A stretch of 64,000 nt of DNA from an uncultured delta proteobacterium (GCA_963752595.1 CAVVYZ010000015.1:32001-96000); one strand, 5' to 3'. Shown: positions 1 to 10,121, counted from the stretch's first letter. Numbers and translations are program-made. Notes: generated by a model not told the origin, from the sequence alone.

Positions 1-1028
1 GCCCCGCCCATGAGAGACTGGGGTGGAAGGTCCATGTGGAGGATGTAGTCGAGGATCCTGTCGCGGTAATGATTGGAGCCGCCGATGAATTCGATGCCCA
101 GCTGTGTCTTGTCCAGCACATTTTCCCGCCTGATGGACCGGATGACTCCCATGGTGTTCACAGGGCCTGTGGGCAGATTGATCCGGATCTCTGGCAGGCA
201 CATGCCTTCGATGATCGGGGCCTTTTCTTCGAGCACCTCTGCCCCCATCCCCTCGATGCTTAAATCCCAGACGAGTAACGATGAGATATCCTGGGTCAGG
301 GGATGGACTATGGTGGCGGTTACAGGTTCTTCGCCCGTAATGAAATATCTCAGGACGCTGCGCCTGCTGATATGCTGCAGCGTTTCCGGCCAGCTCGTTT
401 CCATGATGTTCTTGATGACGTCGAGGACCTTTGCATGGAAGAGCATGACGTTGACACCCTTGAAGAGGTAGAAGGGATAGACGCTTCCCTGTGTCGGCTG
501 GAAGGGCAGCCTGAACTCGGACATCCTGACTATCCTCAAGACCATGTTGTCCTCGTCCGGCCTTAAGTAGAAGAATTCAGCCGGGATGGCCTTGCGTTTA
601 TGGATCATGAGCATATCCCCAAACCCTCGGGACCATCGTTTGACCTCTTCGAAAATCCGTAAGATTTCATCTTTATCCGTAATGAGCTTCCCGGAATCGT
701 CACGCGACGAGCGCAGTTTTGCGTAGGCTTCGATAGGGGTTTCTGCCGGAGCAAAGTCGATTCCCACCCGCGAAGGTACGCCGGAACCGAGATAGGCAAT
801 CCGGCCATGGATATCTGCAGCAATCACGGTCCCCTTGTTTTCAAGGGTTTGGATATGGATATCCTTGCCTTCCTGAAGCAGGGAGAATCCATCGGTAACC
901 AGGACCCCCATGCCTCCGATGGAAATATCCAGGATCGGCAATCTCAGGGAATGCTCTCCGACCTTTGCTTTGGCATAGAGATTTCCCCAGGGTAGGGTTC
1001 GTTGTCTTCTGCTCTCTCTCTTTTCCAT
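1..1028 (-). CDS. Tandem PilZ-domain (c-di-GMP receptor-like) protein, 3' end beyond window
   Basis: Not in the ORF track because it runs off the edge. My translation from ATG 1028 is open to base 1: MEKRESRRQR...ILDISIGGMG...HISRRSVLRY...VWDLSIEGMG...TQLGIEF, i.e. two RxxxR + DxSxxG PilZ motif pairs. Confidence 0.8.
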   Translation of the reverse strand, partial: MEKRESRRQRTLPWGNLYAKAKVGEHSLRLPILDISIGGMGVLVTDGFSLLQEGKDIHIQTLENKGTVIAADIHGRIAYLGSGVPSRVGIDFAPAETPIEAYAKLRSSRDDSGKLITDKDEILRIFEEVKRWSRGFGDMLMIHKRKAIPAEFFYLRPDEDNMVLRIVRMSEFRLPFQPTQGSVYPFYLFKGVNVMLFHAKVLDVIKNIMETSWPETLQHISRRSVLRYFITGEEPVTATIVHPLTQDISSLLVWDLSIEGMGAEVLEEKAPIIEGMCLPEIRINLPTGPVNTMGVIRSIRRENVLDKTQLGIEFIGGSNHYRDRILDYILHMDLPPQSLMGG

Positions 1029-1083
1029 GTAAGGATCTCATCGGAAAACATGGACGAAAAACTTTAACGTAAAGGATCGATGC

Positions 1084-1122
1084 AAAAAAAACTCGCCCCT
1101 CCGATACAGCAGGGTGGGCGAG
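1084..1122 (-). terminator. Rho-independent terminator after beta-helix gene
   Basis: CTCGCCC...GGGCGAG inverted repeat followed by T8 on the minus strand. Confidence 0.75.
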
Positions 1123-1149
1123 GTAATCTTTTCCTCTGGTAATGAGAGA

Positions 1150-2796
1150 TCAGGTGGATGCTTGTGCAGCTACTCCTTTCGGTGCAAGAGGCGGGGTGGT
1201 GTCCGTTTGGCTGCCGCCGCTGTCGCCACTGCCGCTTCCGCCGCCCATATCCGCAGGCAACGGTTTTCCGAGATATTCCCAGATATAGCGGGTCAAGCTC
1301 TGCCCGTCAGAGCAGAAACCGCGCTTGGTGTAGTTCGTAGCCGGGCTTGCTCCTGCAGGAGGGGTGTTTGGTGTGCTGAACCACTCCTTGATCTCGTTTT
1401 CATACGGCCAGGGCCAAAGTGAATCGCTTGTTTCCGTGTTCCAGCCCGTATCGCCCCAGAGGGAGCCGGAACCACCCATCTTTTTCACGATATGGGCACC
1501 GACCCTGCCGCCGTTTTCACCGCCGCTGAAGCGGTTGGAAGTGCTTTCTACCCGGGGCAGGTAGAGCAGGTCACTTTTGTAAGTCACCAGATTGGAGCCG
1601 AAGGAGGCGCTGTCAAAAGAATTGTAGCTTGAGCTGTTAAAGGCCGAACCATAGAGTGCGCCTCTGGGGCTCTTGATGACGAGGTTGTTCTTGAAGGTCG
1701 TCGTCGATGCATGGTTGATGAGGCTGTATCCATCGTTGCCGCCGAAGGTGCAGCCTCTCACGTTGACCGTGCTGCCGCCGAAGGTAATGCCGATGCCGCC
1801 GGTGAATCCCCAGAAGACCGAGTTGATGACGTCGATATTCTTTCCGCCGTAGTCGTTTCTGATCCAGGCCCCGCTGGTCGATCCGGTCTGATTGTTGTTG
1901 AGCGTGATACAGCCGTTTAAGGTGATGTTGTTGTTCCCCTTGAATATGTACCAGGGGCCGTACGGCTTCCATGCGGCATCGGGCACCGAGGCGTTCTGGT
2001 TTATGGCAATGCAGTTCTGGTACATTATGTCATGGGGACCGCTCGCTGCGCTGGAATTGTGGCCGTAGACGGCAAAGATCGAATTCGGTTCATTCGACCT
2101 GACCCAGTCTCCCCGGGCCACGCAGCGCCTGAAGATAACGTGGTTGGGGTTCGATCCCACGCCCCTGATGATAAAACCGTACCGGTAGCCGCCGGTTATG
2201 GAGCAGTCCTCGAAAAGTACATAGGAGGCGCTTCCGCCCACCTCGACCACGCAGTTTTCGTTATTGTCCACACCTTCTGTCCTGAACTGGCACCTCGTTA
2301 TCTTGAGATGGTTGCCGGTAACCGTGACGAAAGCATTGTTCGAACCATCGCGGTTGATTCCTCTGAAGCCGTCTACCTTTATGTAACTGGAGGTCGACGG
2401 CAGATAGATCATCCTTCCGTTGTAGTCCCAGGCCGATGAAACACTGGAATCGATGGTCACCTTGAAGGGGTTGCGGGCCCGTACCACCGTATACTGTGAT
2501 GCTGTTCCGCTCGGGACAGTGAAACTGTTGTAACGCCCGATCACATTGCTGATGCCCGTATAGACCCCGTCATTCACCACGACCTCGTCCCCTCCGCCCA
2601 TGCGCTGGACGGCGGCTGAAATGGTGCCGTAGCAGTTGCCGCTCGACCAATCATTCGCGGTGCTTGCTCCTGATGTTCTCGTCCCGTTCGGGCTGACGTA
2701 AAGTGTTGCCGCAAACAAAGGGGCTGAAAGAAACAGGATGCTGAACAGACCTATCCATCCGATGATCCTCGTGCTGCAAAATCTTGTCTGATGCAT
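1150..2796 (-). CDS. Secreted right-handed beta-helix (pectate lyase-like) protein
   Basis: Signal peptide ending APLFA, then TLYVSPNG start typical of parallel beta-helix proteins; Asn/Gly-rich repeats; G/S linker plus DTTPPLAP tail. AGGAG SD favours ATG 2796 over 2826. Confidence 0.7.
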   Translation of the reverse strand: MHQTRFCSTRIIGWIGLFSILFLSAPLFAATLYVSPNGTRTSGASTANDWSSGNCYGTISAAVQRMGGGDEVVVNDGVYTGISNVIGRYNSFTVPSGTASQYTVVRARNPFKVTIDSSVSSAWDYNGRMIYLPSTSSYIKVDGFRGINRDGSNNAFVTVTGNHLKITRCQFRTEGVDNNENCVVEVGGSASYVLFEDCSITGGYRYGFIIRGVGSNPNHVIFRRCVARGDWVRSNEPNSIFAVYGHNSSAASGPHDIMYQNCIAINQNASVPDAAWKPYGPWYIFKGNNNITLNGCITLNNNQTGSTSGAWIRNDYGGKNIDVINSVFWGFTGGIGITFGGSTVNVRGCTFGGNDGYSLINHASTTTFKNNLVIKSPRGALYGSAFNSSSYNSFDSASFGSNLVTYKSDLLYLPRVESTSNRFSGGENGGRVGAHIVKKMGGSGSLWGDTGWNTETSDSLWPWPYENEIKEWFSTPNTPPAGASPATNYTKRGFCSDGQSLTRYIWEYLGKPLPADMGGGSGSGDSGGSQTDTTPPLAPKGVAAQAST

Positions 2797-2935
2797 TGAT
2801 TTCTCCTCTTTATGATATGAATCCATTCTCTATCCTTTTCCTAAGGTTCAAAAGGTATGACCATGTACGATGTTCCTCTTATGAGCCTGTTACCTTTCTC
2901 TGCTTTGAAAAACCTCGCCCTATTGTGAAAAAAAC

Positions 2936-2951
2936 AGCAAGTTCAGTGCCA
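2936..2951 (-). promoter_or_regulatory. sigma54 -24/-12 promoter
   Basis: TGGCAC-TGAAC-TTGCT on the minus strand, an exact consensus match about 140 nt upstream of the beta-helix gene. Confidence 0.8.
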
Positions 2952-3033
2952 AAGCCTCCGGCTCAGAACATGAATTGAAGCGGGTTGAGAGGGATGGATG
3001 AGGTAATCTGTTAAATTTTCAAAAAATAATTTG

Positions 3034-4248
3034 TTAAACGATCTTTTTATGGAGCCGGCGCAAACCCAAGGCTCCAAGTTTCAGGCATGAGCTGCCGAAG
3101 ACCCGCATATCGCGCCGGTCGAAATACCTGAACGCTTTTCTTCTGCCCAGCAGGGCAATGAACTCCCCAAGGCAGTTCCGGCCCCGCATGATATGTACCA
3201 GCACGCTGCCGATATCCGCCCATTCATCGATGTAATAAACCGGCTCCTTACACACGCTGCGGGGCCGGCCGATATCCAGTCCGGTCAGGGCGTTGTAGGC
3301 GATAAGGGGCATGTTCAAGCCATTGGCCGTAGCGACGTACGACTGCTGATTCGGCCTTCCGACCGTAGGCTCCATGATATAGTATTTGCCGCTGACCTGA
3401 TGTTTCTTATATTCCACGGAGCCGAAGCCCTTGTAGCCGAGAGAGGAAAACAGTCCTATCGTCATCTCCCTGATCTGCTCATTATCTATCGGCCTGGTTG
3501 ATGCGGTGCTGCCGGTTCCCACCGGCCACTGCCTGATCTTGGCCCCCGTGAAACCGGCCAGGCACCGTGAATCGCCATCGAAATAGGTCAGGCAATATTC
3601 CACATGGGAATCAGGCCCGGGCACCCATTCCTGAACCAGCAGCCGGGATTCGATCCCGCTGATCCTCTCGTACAGAGAAATCAGCTCTCCGGGTTCGTTT
3701 ACGAAGTATGCCTTGTCGAGCTTTGCCGCAAGCCAGGATGGGGTTTTTGTAAATGGTTTGACAATTGCGGGGAACACCATTTCCCTGATATTCGCCTGTA
3801 ATTCTCCCAAGCTCCCTATCCTGAAAGATTTCGGGACAGGGAGATTATTGCGGACAGCATATTCAAGGAACATATCCTTGTTCAGGAGCATCTTCACGGT
3901 TTCGGTATCGGGATAGTGGATCAGGAAAAGGTCTTCCAGGATGTCCCGGTATTTGATGAAAAATTCCACATAAATATCAGAAGTGATAAAGAGCACCGGC
4001 TTTGCTTCATTGCCCTTTGCCAGTGAAATGAGCTTTTCGAGCAGGTTTCCATCGCCGGCAAAGGTAATCAGTTGTTTGCAGAGGGATGATTTGGCTTCCG
4101 GCGGCGACTCGTCTTTTTGGAATGCCGTTACGGGAATACCTGCCGAGGCAAGTGAACGCACTACCCCGTAGCCGGTGTAGGCGATATGCAGCACAACTGC
4201 CGGGGGCAGGGTACTATCCGGATGTTTCCGCATCGATTCTCCTTTCAT
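3034..4248 (-). CDS. ATP-grasp carboxylate-amine ligase (D-aspartate-ligase-like)
   Basis: GVVRSL N-terminus, FPAIVKP, LLVQEWVPG, KIRQWP..G, SVEYKK, IMEPTVGR. Confidence 0.8.
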   Translation of the reverse strand: MKGESMRKHPDSTLPPAVVLHIAYTGYGVVRSLASAGIPVTAFQKDESPPEAKSSLCKQLITFAGDGNLLEKLISLAKGNEAKPVLFITSDIYVEFFIKYRDILEDLFLIHYPDTETVKMLLNKDMFLEYAVRNNLPVPKSFRIGSLGELQANIREMVFPAIVKPFTKTPSWLAAKLDKAYFVNEPGELISLYERISGIESRLLVQEWVPGPDSHVEYCLTYFDGDSRCLAGFTGAKIRQWPVGTGSTASTRPIDNEQIREMTIGLFSSLGYKGFGSVEYKKHQVSGKYYIMEPTVGRPNQQSYVATANGLNMPLIAYNALTGLDIGRPRSVCKEPVYYIDEWADIGSVLVHIMRGRNCLGEFIALLGRRKAFRYFDRRDMRVFGSSCLKLGALGLRRLHKKIV

Positions 4249-5306
4249 ATCCCGCTCAGATTTCTGATGCCGGGAAAAGCCTTTTCCAGCGATTTCTTGC
4301 CGCCTGATGCGAGGAGCCTGAAATAGGCCCGGGAAAAGGTCTCGCAGATAACCCGATCGATAACGGTACCGGTGCCGGGGAATTCGTTCAAGCCGCCAAG
4401 CGCCGTAAACATATGATCGATGCCGCTCCGGCGAGAAATATCCACGGTCTGTGCCGTGTAAGACCCCTGCAGGCCGAAGGGGACAGCCAGAACCTTGCGG
4501 TAACCGGCGAATATCGAAAGTGCTTCATGAGCATCTTCAATCTCTTCCCTGACCCTTTCCGGCGTAAGCGAGGCAAGGTTGAGGTGGTTGTCGGTATGGT
4601 TCCCCACGGTCCAGCCGTGATCGCATAATTCCTTGATCTGTTTTTCGCCCATGAACTTTTTCATAACCAATTCCAGGGGTGAGGCGATTGACTGCTCTTC
4701 TTCCAGCCTATCCAGAAAGAGCGATATCTCTTTAATATCTTTGATTTTCAGAAAGGCCTTGAGACGGATAAGCAGATTATGCCTGCCATGTTTCTGCTTC
4801 AGGCCGTTCCCATCCGATACTTCCCCGATATGAAGCCTCTTCTCAAAAGACCGGTCCAGAATCCAATGGAGGCGGGATATCCAGGGTGCTTTCCTCTCCC
4901 TTATTACGGAACCGATGAGGAAAACCGTTGCAGGCAGTCCTTGCAGTTTCAAAAATGGGAAGGCTGTTTCATAAGTGTCCATGAACCCGTCATCAAAGGT
5001 TATCAAAGCAGCTCTGGGCGGGAGGCGTCTTCCTTTCAGTATTTCATCCAGGCCAACGACCCGGTAATAGTGTACCAACCAGTTGATCTGGCTGATGAAT
5101 ATCTTTTGCGGCAGATTGAGAAAATAGAAGTTGTCACAGTAATCTCCATCCGAGTGCGTCGAGACTATCCGGTGATAGCACAGCACGAGCAGCGTGGTCT
5201 GATCCTTCCCCTTAAGCCTGAGGAGCCTGCACGATGTGAAAGGCGAACCTGTCCATCCGTAGAGAGACTGCTTGAGCGACTTTGAATAATTAAAAGGATT
5301 CAGCAT
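4245..5306 (-). CDS. Polysaccharide deacetylase (NodB/CE4)
   Basis: LCYHRI, ITFDDGF, GNHTDNH, VPFG motifs. Confidence 0.88.
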   Translation of the reverse strand: MLNPFNYSKSLKQSLYGWTGSPFTSCRLLRLKGKDQTTLLVLCYHRIVSTHSDGDYCDNFYFLNLPQKIFISQINWLVHYYRVVGLDEILKGRRLPPRAALITFDDGFMDTYETAFPFLKLQGLPATVFLIGSVIRERKAPWISRLHWILDRSFEKRLHIGEVSDGNGLKQKHGRHNLLIRLKAFLKIKDIKEISLFLDRLEEEQSIASPLELVMKKFMGEKQIKELCDHGWTVGNHTDNHLNLASLTPERVREEIEDAHEALSIFAGYRKVLAVPFGLQGSYTAQTVDISRRSGIDHMFTALGGLNEFPGTGTVIDRVICETFSRAYFRLLASGGKKSLEKAFPGIRNLSGI

Positions 5307-5327
5307 CGTGCGATACCTTTTAAAGCT

Positions 5328-6500
5328 TCAGCTTGAAAAGGCCTCAACGTATCTTGCTGCTGTGTTCTCCCATGTCATGTTCCGTATACTTTCGCGTATG
5401 AGTCCGGCATCCCAGTCAGAGACAAAACCTCTCTCGACAGCGCCGGCTAAAGCTGAAGAATCTGCAGCAGGAACCAGGATGCCGTTTCGGCCCTCAATCA
5501 GATCAGAAATCCCTCCGACATCAGAGGCCACCACCGGACACCCGCAGGCCAGGGCCTCCAGCACCACATTGGGCATTCCTTCCTTGAGGCTCGGGAGGCA
5601 GAAGAGATCAGCAGCGCTCATCCAGGTACTGATTTCCTCGTGTTTTCGATTTCCTGCAAACACGACCCGGCCGTTCAGTCCGTAGTTTTCTATTGCCCGG
5701 CAGTATTTCTGCTCCAGAGGTCCGCTACCGATGAGCACGGTATCGAAATCCAGCTTGTTTTCGCCTTTGAGAAGGCGGAGGGCATCGAGCAGGTACTCGA
5801 TCCCTTTGACCGGCCTGAATTTGCCCACGAAGAGAAGGACCTTCTTTCGATCGTCAAGGCCGAGCTGCCTGCGGCACGATGAACGGTCACGGGGATGAAA
5901 CAGGCCGGGGTCGACCCCGTTGGGAATGTAATGCACGCGCTCAGGCTCTATGCCCATATCGATTATCTTCTGCCTCAGCCTCCTGCTCACCGCCGTGACC
6001 TGCCTCGCCTGCTGCAGGGCGTTTACGGTCATCCTGAGCCTGAGTTTGCTGCAACCTGCTTCGTTGATGTCGGAGCCCAGGGCGGAAATCACTACGGGCA
6101 GATTAAGCCGTTTCCCGAGCCGGACCGCCGCAATACCTTCGGGAAAGGCATTCTGGGCGTTGATGACATCGATGTGCATGCCTCTTTTCAGCTTCCTGAA
6201 CACCGGATACGCACCGAGTGCCATGGACCACGGGCTCATCCAGGGGACCTTGGGAACTACCGGATATTTCGGGGAATACACATGAAAACCATGATAGTCA
6301 TACTCCCGGGGAATCAGGGCAAACAGATAGTGCGAGCGGAACCTTTTCAGCAGGTCGATTTGCGGGACCCAGGGAAGCGGGCACACGATGAGGGGATTCA
6401 CCCGCCTGCTTACGGCAGCAACACGCTGCTCCACGAACACGCCTCGATGGGGCTGCCAATGATTCGGAAACGAATTTGAGAAAAAAACAACGGTCTTCAT
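5328..6500 (-). CDS. GT4 glycosyltransferase (TuaC-like)
   Basis: ALGSDIN, IPNGVD, FVGKF..KG, PSLKEGMPNVVLEALACG (EX7E). Confidence 0.9.
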   Translation of the reverse strand: MKTVVFFSNSFPNHWQPHRGVFVEQRVAAVSRRVNPLIVCPLPWVPQIDLLKRFRSHYLFALIPREYDYHGFHVYSPKYPVVPKVPWMSPWSMALGAYPVFRKLKRGMHIDVINAQNAFPEGIAAVRLGKRLNLPVVISALGSDINEAGCSKLRLRMTVNALQQARQVTAVSRRLRQKIIDMGIEPERVHYIPNGVDPGLFHPRDRSSCRRQLGLDDRKKVLLFVGKFRPVKGIEYLLDALRLLKGENKLDFDTVLIGSGPLEQKYCRAIENYGLNGRVVFAGNRKHEEISTWMSAADLFCLPSLKEGMPNVVLEALACGCPVVASDVGGISDLIEGRNGILVPAADSSALAGAVERGFVSDWDAGLIRESIRNMTWENTAARYVEAFSS

Positions 6501-7658
6501 TTAAGATGATACCCCGCAGCTTGATGTGGGGTACTTCATGACACGGCCGGTTTCCATCATCTGTTCATAGAGAAGCCCGTACGCATCGGCCATGGTCTTG
6601 GCCGAATGCTTCTCCCTGAATCCCGCATATGCCCTTTCTCCGAACTCGGATCTTTTCAGAGGGTTGTCCATGAGATATCCTATCGCGTCTGACAGAGGAC
6701 GAGGTTCTCCGGGAGGGACGAGCAGCCCGTTATTACCGGCCGTTATTACATCCGGGATGCCGCCGACCTTTGATGCGACAATCGCCTTCCTTGCAGCCAT
6801 GGCCTCGAGGAGGGAAAGGGGCAACCCTTCCGATACCGAAGGGAGTACGTATATATCGAAGAGCCTGATGATCTCATGGAAGTCGGTTCGCTCTCCCAGG
6901 AAAGATACATGGGAACTCAGCCCGTTATCCCGAACTCGTTTTTCCAGGTCCTTCCTTAAGGGACCGTCGCCGGCAATAACCAGGAGGAAATCCCCCCGTT
7001 TCTTCCCGAGTATGCTCATTGCATCCAGGAGGTGCGTCAACCCTTTTTCCGGCACCAATCTGGCGCCGGTCCCGATCAATATCCTGTCCTCCGGGATGCC
7101 CAGGCGGGTTTTTACGAGTCTCCTGTCAAGATTCCCCGTGTACAAACCTTCATCGATCCCGTTTGAGATGATCCCGATACGTTCCGGTTTTATGCCTTCG
7201 TGACTGATCAGATACGTTCGAATTTCTTTGCTTACCGCAATTACCTTGTATGCCATGGAAGCCGGCAGCTTATGCGGGATGAGCAGCCTTCTTTTCGATG
7301 CATACATCCTGTTGTGGTCCACATGCAGCAGGCGCCTGCATCCGCCGATCCTTGAGCCGAACGATCCATAATAGAGGGCACCGTAGTTATGCGTGGTGAC
7401 GATATCGATTTTTCTCTCCCTGATCTGCTGCGCTATCCCAAAAAAAGTCGAGGGTCTGGTCCCGGGTTTTTTGAACAGGGACGCGTATTCTATTCCCTGC
7501 CTGTCAAGGACGGCAGAAAAGGGCCCCAGTCCTTCCAGGGTGAGAATCATGGGATCGAACCTTTGCGGATCGAGGTTCGCTGCGATATTGATCGCAACCC
7601 GCTCCGCCCCCCCGATATCCAGGGAGTTGATGATCTGCATGACCCTAATTTTTTTCAT
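6501..7658 (-). CDS. GT4 glycosyltransferase
   Basis: LDIGGAER, ARLVPEKG, PSVSEGLPLSLLEAMA. Confidence 0.9.
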   Translation of the reverse strand: MKKIRVMQIINSLDIGGAERVAINIAANLDPQRFDPMILTLEGLGPFSAVLDRQGIEYASLFKKPGTRPSTFFGIAQQIRERKIDIVTTHNYGALYYGSFGSRIGGCRRLLHVDHNRMYASKRRLLIPHKLPASMAYKVIAVSKEIRTYLISHEGIKPERIGIISNGIDEGLYTGNLDRRLVKTRLGIPEDRILIGTGARLVPEKGLTHLLDAMSILGKKRGDFLLVIAGDGPLRKDLEKRVRDNGLSSHVSFLGERTDFHEIIRLFDIYVLPSVSEGLPLSLLEAMAARKAIVASKVGGIPDVITAGNNGLLVPPGEPRPLSDAIGYLMDNPLKRSEFGERAYAGFREKHSAKTMADAYGLLYEQMMETGRVMKYPTSSCGVSS

Positions 7659-7671
7659 AGACGAATATGGG

Positions 7672-8667
7672 CTATATGATCAGTGAATAATCTCTATACC
7701 GGTCAGGATCGCTGTTTTCTCCTGCCTCTGCTGCCTTGATGATGTTGTACATCTCCCTGGCCGAGACAAAATGTAGGGCAAAGCCGGTTTGTTCGGCGTG
7801 AAGGATCAGAGTTTGCAGAAAGCTTCTCATCTGACCGCTGAAAAACATCTCGGCATTTTTTTTCACTGCGCCATGGCAGTGCACCTTGATGAAGATCCAT
7901 TCGGGGCGCCCTATAACCGAGATGTGCTGCCTTTTCCAGAGATCGAAGCGGCGGATTGTGGGCGGTCTGCCTCCGCCTATCTCCGCATTTTCTATACCCG
8001 GGAAAAGTCCATTCTTCCTCGCTTGCCAGTCAAGGGTCAAAGGCCCCTGAACCAGGAGAAGGTCCCCGGAAGCTGCACGGCCAACGCGGACATTCATCCC
8101 CCTGTTGTGCGACAGCGGCCTTTCGGGATCGTCTTTTGCGTAGTAGATGCTGTTGATCTTTGCCGTTTGGGTAACACTGGGAGCAGACGGGAGGGTGAAG
8201 TCTGCATAGCAGCCCGTTTCCTTCAGGATGATCAGCTCATCGTTGATCCCGCACCAGCAGCCGTCCGGCCGTGCGTTATCAAGGGCCCAGTTCCCGTGGA
8301 TAAAGCCGTATCGGGCATCGTTCGTCCCTTTGACCGAGGAGAGCAGCCCATGCTCTCTTCTCAAAAGGCTTTTGAAAGAGAGCATATCCTCGCGGAAACA
8401 GTCGGAAGTCGCCTTGTCGTGATGGATGTGGATCTCTACTTCCCCGAGCCCCATGAGACGGATCTGCGACAGCTGATCCAGGATGCTCCGGGAGTACTCC
8501 TCCTTGGGATAAAAAAAGGTATGCTTATACGGCTTGCCATCGCTTCCCGATATCCCATCCGCAAGCCCGGGAAGATTCTCCACCCATCTTTTTACCCTGT
8601 CCACTGCCAGCGAATCCGATGCATTGCCCCTATAAGGCTCGAAATGATCGACCACGCAGAACATCAC
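7672..8667 (-). CDS. Conserved hypothetical protein of EPS clusters, likely metal-dependent hydrolase/deacetylase fold; true start probably further upstream
   Basis: DHFEP, HTFFYP, EIHIHHD, FIHGNWALDN, YADFT, KVHCHG motifs; frame is open upstream of 8667. Confidence 0.6.
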   Translation of the reverse strand: MMFCVVDHFEPYRGNASDSLAVDRVKRWVENLPGLADGISGSDGKPYKHTFFYPKEEYSRSILDQLSQIRLMGLGEVEIHIHHDKATSDCFREDMLSFKSLLRREHGLLSSVKGTNDARYGFIHGNWALDNARPDGCWCGINDELIILKETGCYADFTLPSAPSVTQTAKINSIYYAKDDPERPLSHNRGMNVRVGRAASGDLLLVQGPLTLDWQARKNGLFPGIENAEIGGGRPPTIRRFDLWKRQHISVIGRPEWIFIKVHCHGAVKKNAEMFFSGQMRSFLQTLILHAEQTGFALHFVSAREMYNIIKAAEAGENSDPDRYRDYSLII

Positions 8668-8807
8668 GTGCAGCCCGTGATCAGGAAGAGGTCGCCGGAA
8701 TATTCTTTTCAGGCTTGCGTCAAGGTGCGGGATGATCCATCTGTGTATGTTCCTATGCCAATCAATGATAATTATCCCCTCCCGATAATAATACAGCCGT
8801 CGTGTTC

Positions 8808-10121
8808 CTAGATGATCTGTTTGATGGCGATCAGCCAGTACAAGCCGATGATACCTGCCATGATGATGAAGACTGTCCTTGCGTCATTCCCGGAAAAGAA
8901 CAAATTTTCATCCCCGTTCTCTTTTTGCGATACGGCAAACGATGCTGCACATAACCCCAGAAAAAGAAACAAAAGGTCATTTAAAAGGACAATAAATAGA
9001 GAAGCTGTGCACAGCCCTGCAAAGCTGCAGAACAACGCTCTGGGAAAGTCCGGGTATGGAGAGGCCGTCTCTTTCTGCCTTGAGAAAAACGCGAGCAGTT
9101 TGGTTTTGAAAGGATCCGAGCTCCTGATCCCATTCCGGTTCAATAAAACGATCGAGAGCCCTTTGAAGCTGAACCAGATGAGCGAAATGAATATAAAAAA
9201 TCCCAAAAGCCCAGTTTCTGAGAATATACTGACATAGTTGCTATGTGCGATGAGGCCTGATTCCGTACACTCGACGAACCGGCCCGGGCCGATGCCGAGC
9301 AATGGATTATGTCTTAATAGGTTGAGCCCTTGCTCCCACACCCAAGTCCGCTGATGAGCGGAGGATTCGCTCGAACTTACGGAAGTCATTCTTGCCGGCA
9401 GGAATATCCCGGAAAAAGCAATGGCAGCAATGAAAACAACCGAGGCTTTCTTTATGGGAAATTTCATGAGGACGTACAGTAGCAGTGTTACTATCGCGGC
9501 AAGCGTGTCGCCGCGTGAATCGACGTAATACAGTCCCAGCAGGATAAACGGCAGAAAGAATCCTGCCAAGAGGCGATGCCAGAGTATTATTCTGCTGAAC
9601 AGGAATTCGAGGCAGACCGGTATTGCCAGTAAAAAAATGACTCCGAAGGAGTTGGAACCGTCCCATTCCCCGCACCATACCGCCCGCGGAGGGTTATAGC
9701 GGAGGAGGGGAACGATCCCGCCGAAACCTGTGCCCGTATTCAACTGGAGCACGGCGTGAATCCCGAGCAATCCCGCCGATATCATGAACAACCAGAGGAC
9801 TTTGCCGATCTTCTGTTCATCATCGATGAGAAGGATGATCATGTAGAACACCAGTGCCCGTTTCAGGAAGGTGCTTACCTGCAGGAAAACCGATCCCATT
9901 CCGGCATTGAAAAGGGCCGATAATGCAATAACGGCCAGAAACAAAGGGAGCAGATAATACTGAGGCATCTTCTCCCGTGAAAGTATGCGGTTGTTCATTG
10001 TCAGCCCGAAAAGAAACCCGGGCAATACGGTCAGCCAGGCTACCGGCCACCCGAGGAAAGCATGAGAAAAGTCCTGAGGCCGTATCAATAATTGCACGAT
10101 ATAAAGGTAGGTAAGGATCAT
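8808..10121 (-). CDS. O-antigen ligase/polymerase family membrane protein
   Basis: About 10-12 hydrophobic segments; SRG, HNPLLGIGPGRF, AHSNYVSIFSETGLLG (Wzy_C-like). Confidence 0.85.
   Translation of the reverse strand: MILTYLYIVQLLIRPQDFSHAFLGWPVAWLTVLPGFLFGLTMNNRILSREKMPQYYLLPLFLAVIALSALFNAGMGSVFLQVSTFLKRALVFYMIILLIDDEQKIGKVLWLFMISAGLLGIHAVLQLNTGTGFGGIVPLLRYNPPRAVWCGEWDGSNSFGVIFLLAIPVCLEFLFSRIILWHRLLAGFFLPFILLGLYYVDSRGDTLAAIVTLLLYVLMKFPIKKASVVFIAAIAFSGIFLPARMTSVSSSESSAHQRTWVWEQGLNLLRHNPLLGIGPGRFVECTESGLIAHSNYVSIFSETGLLGFFIFISLIWFSFKGLSIVLLNRNGIRSSDPFKTKLLAFFSRQKETASPYPDFPRALFCSFAGLCTASLFIVLLNDLLFLFLGLCAASFAVSQKENGDENLFFSGNDARTVFIIMAGIIGLYWLIAIKQII

Noticed and set aside
2990-3035. PrsR-type enhancer upstream of the sigma54 promoters (also 57365-57460)
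   Set aside because: AT-rich, but I could not identify a convincing motif shared by both promoters
7789-8811. 340-aa plus-strand ORF
   Set aside because: Antisense shadow of the conserved minus-strand gene; no motifs
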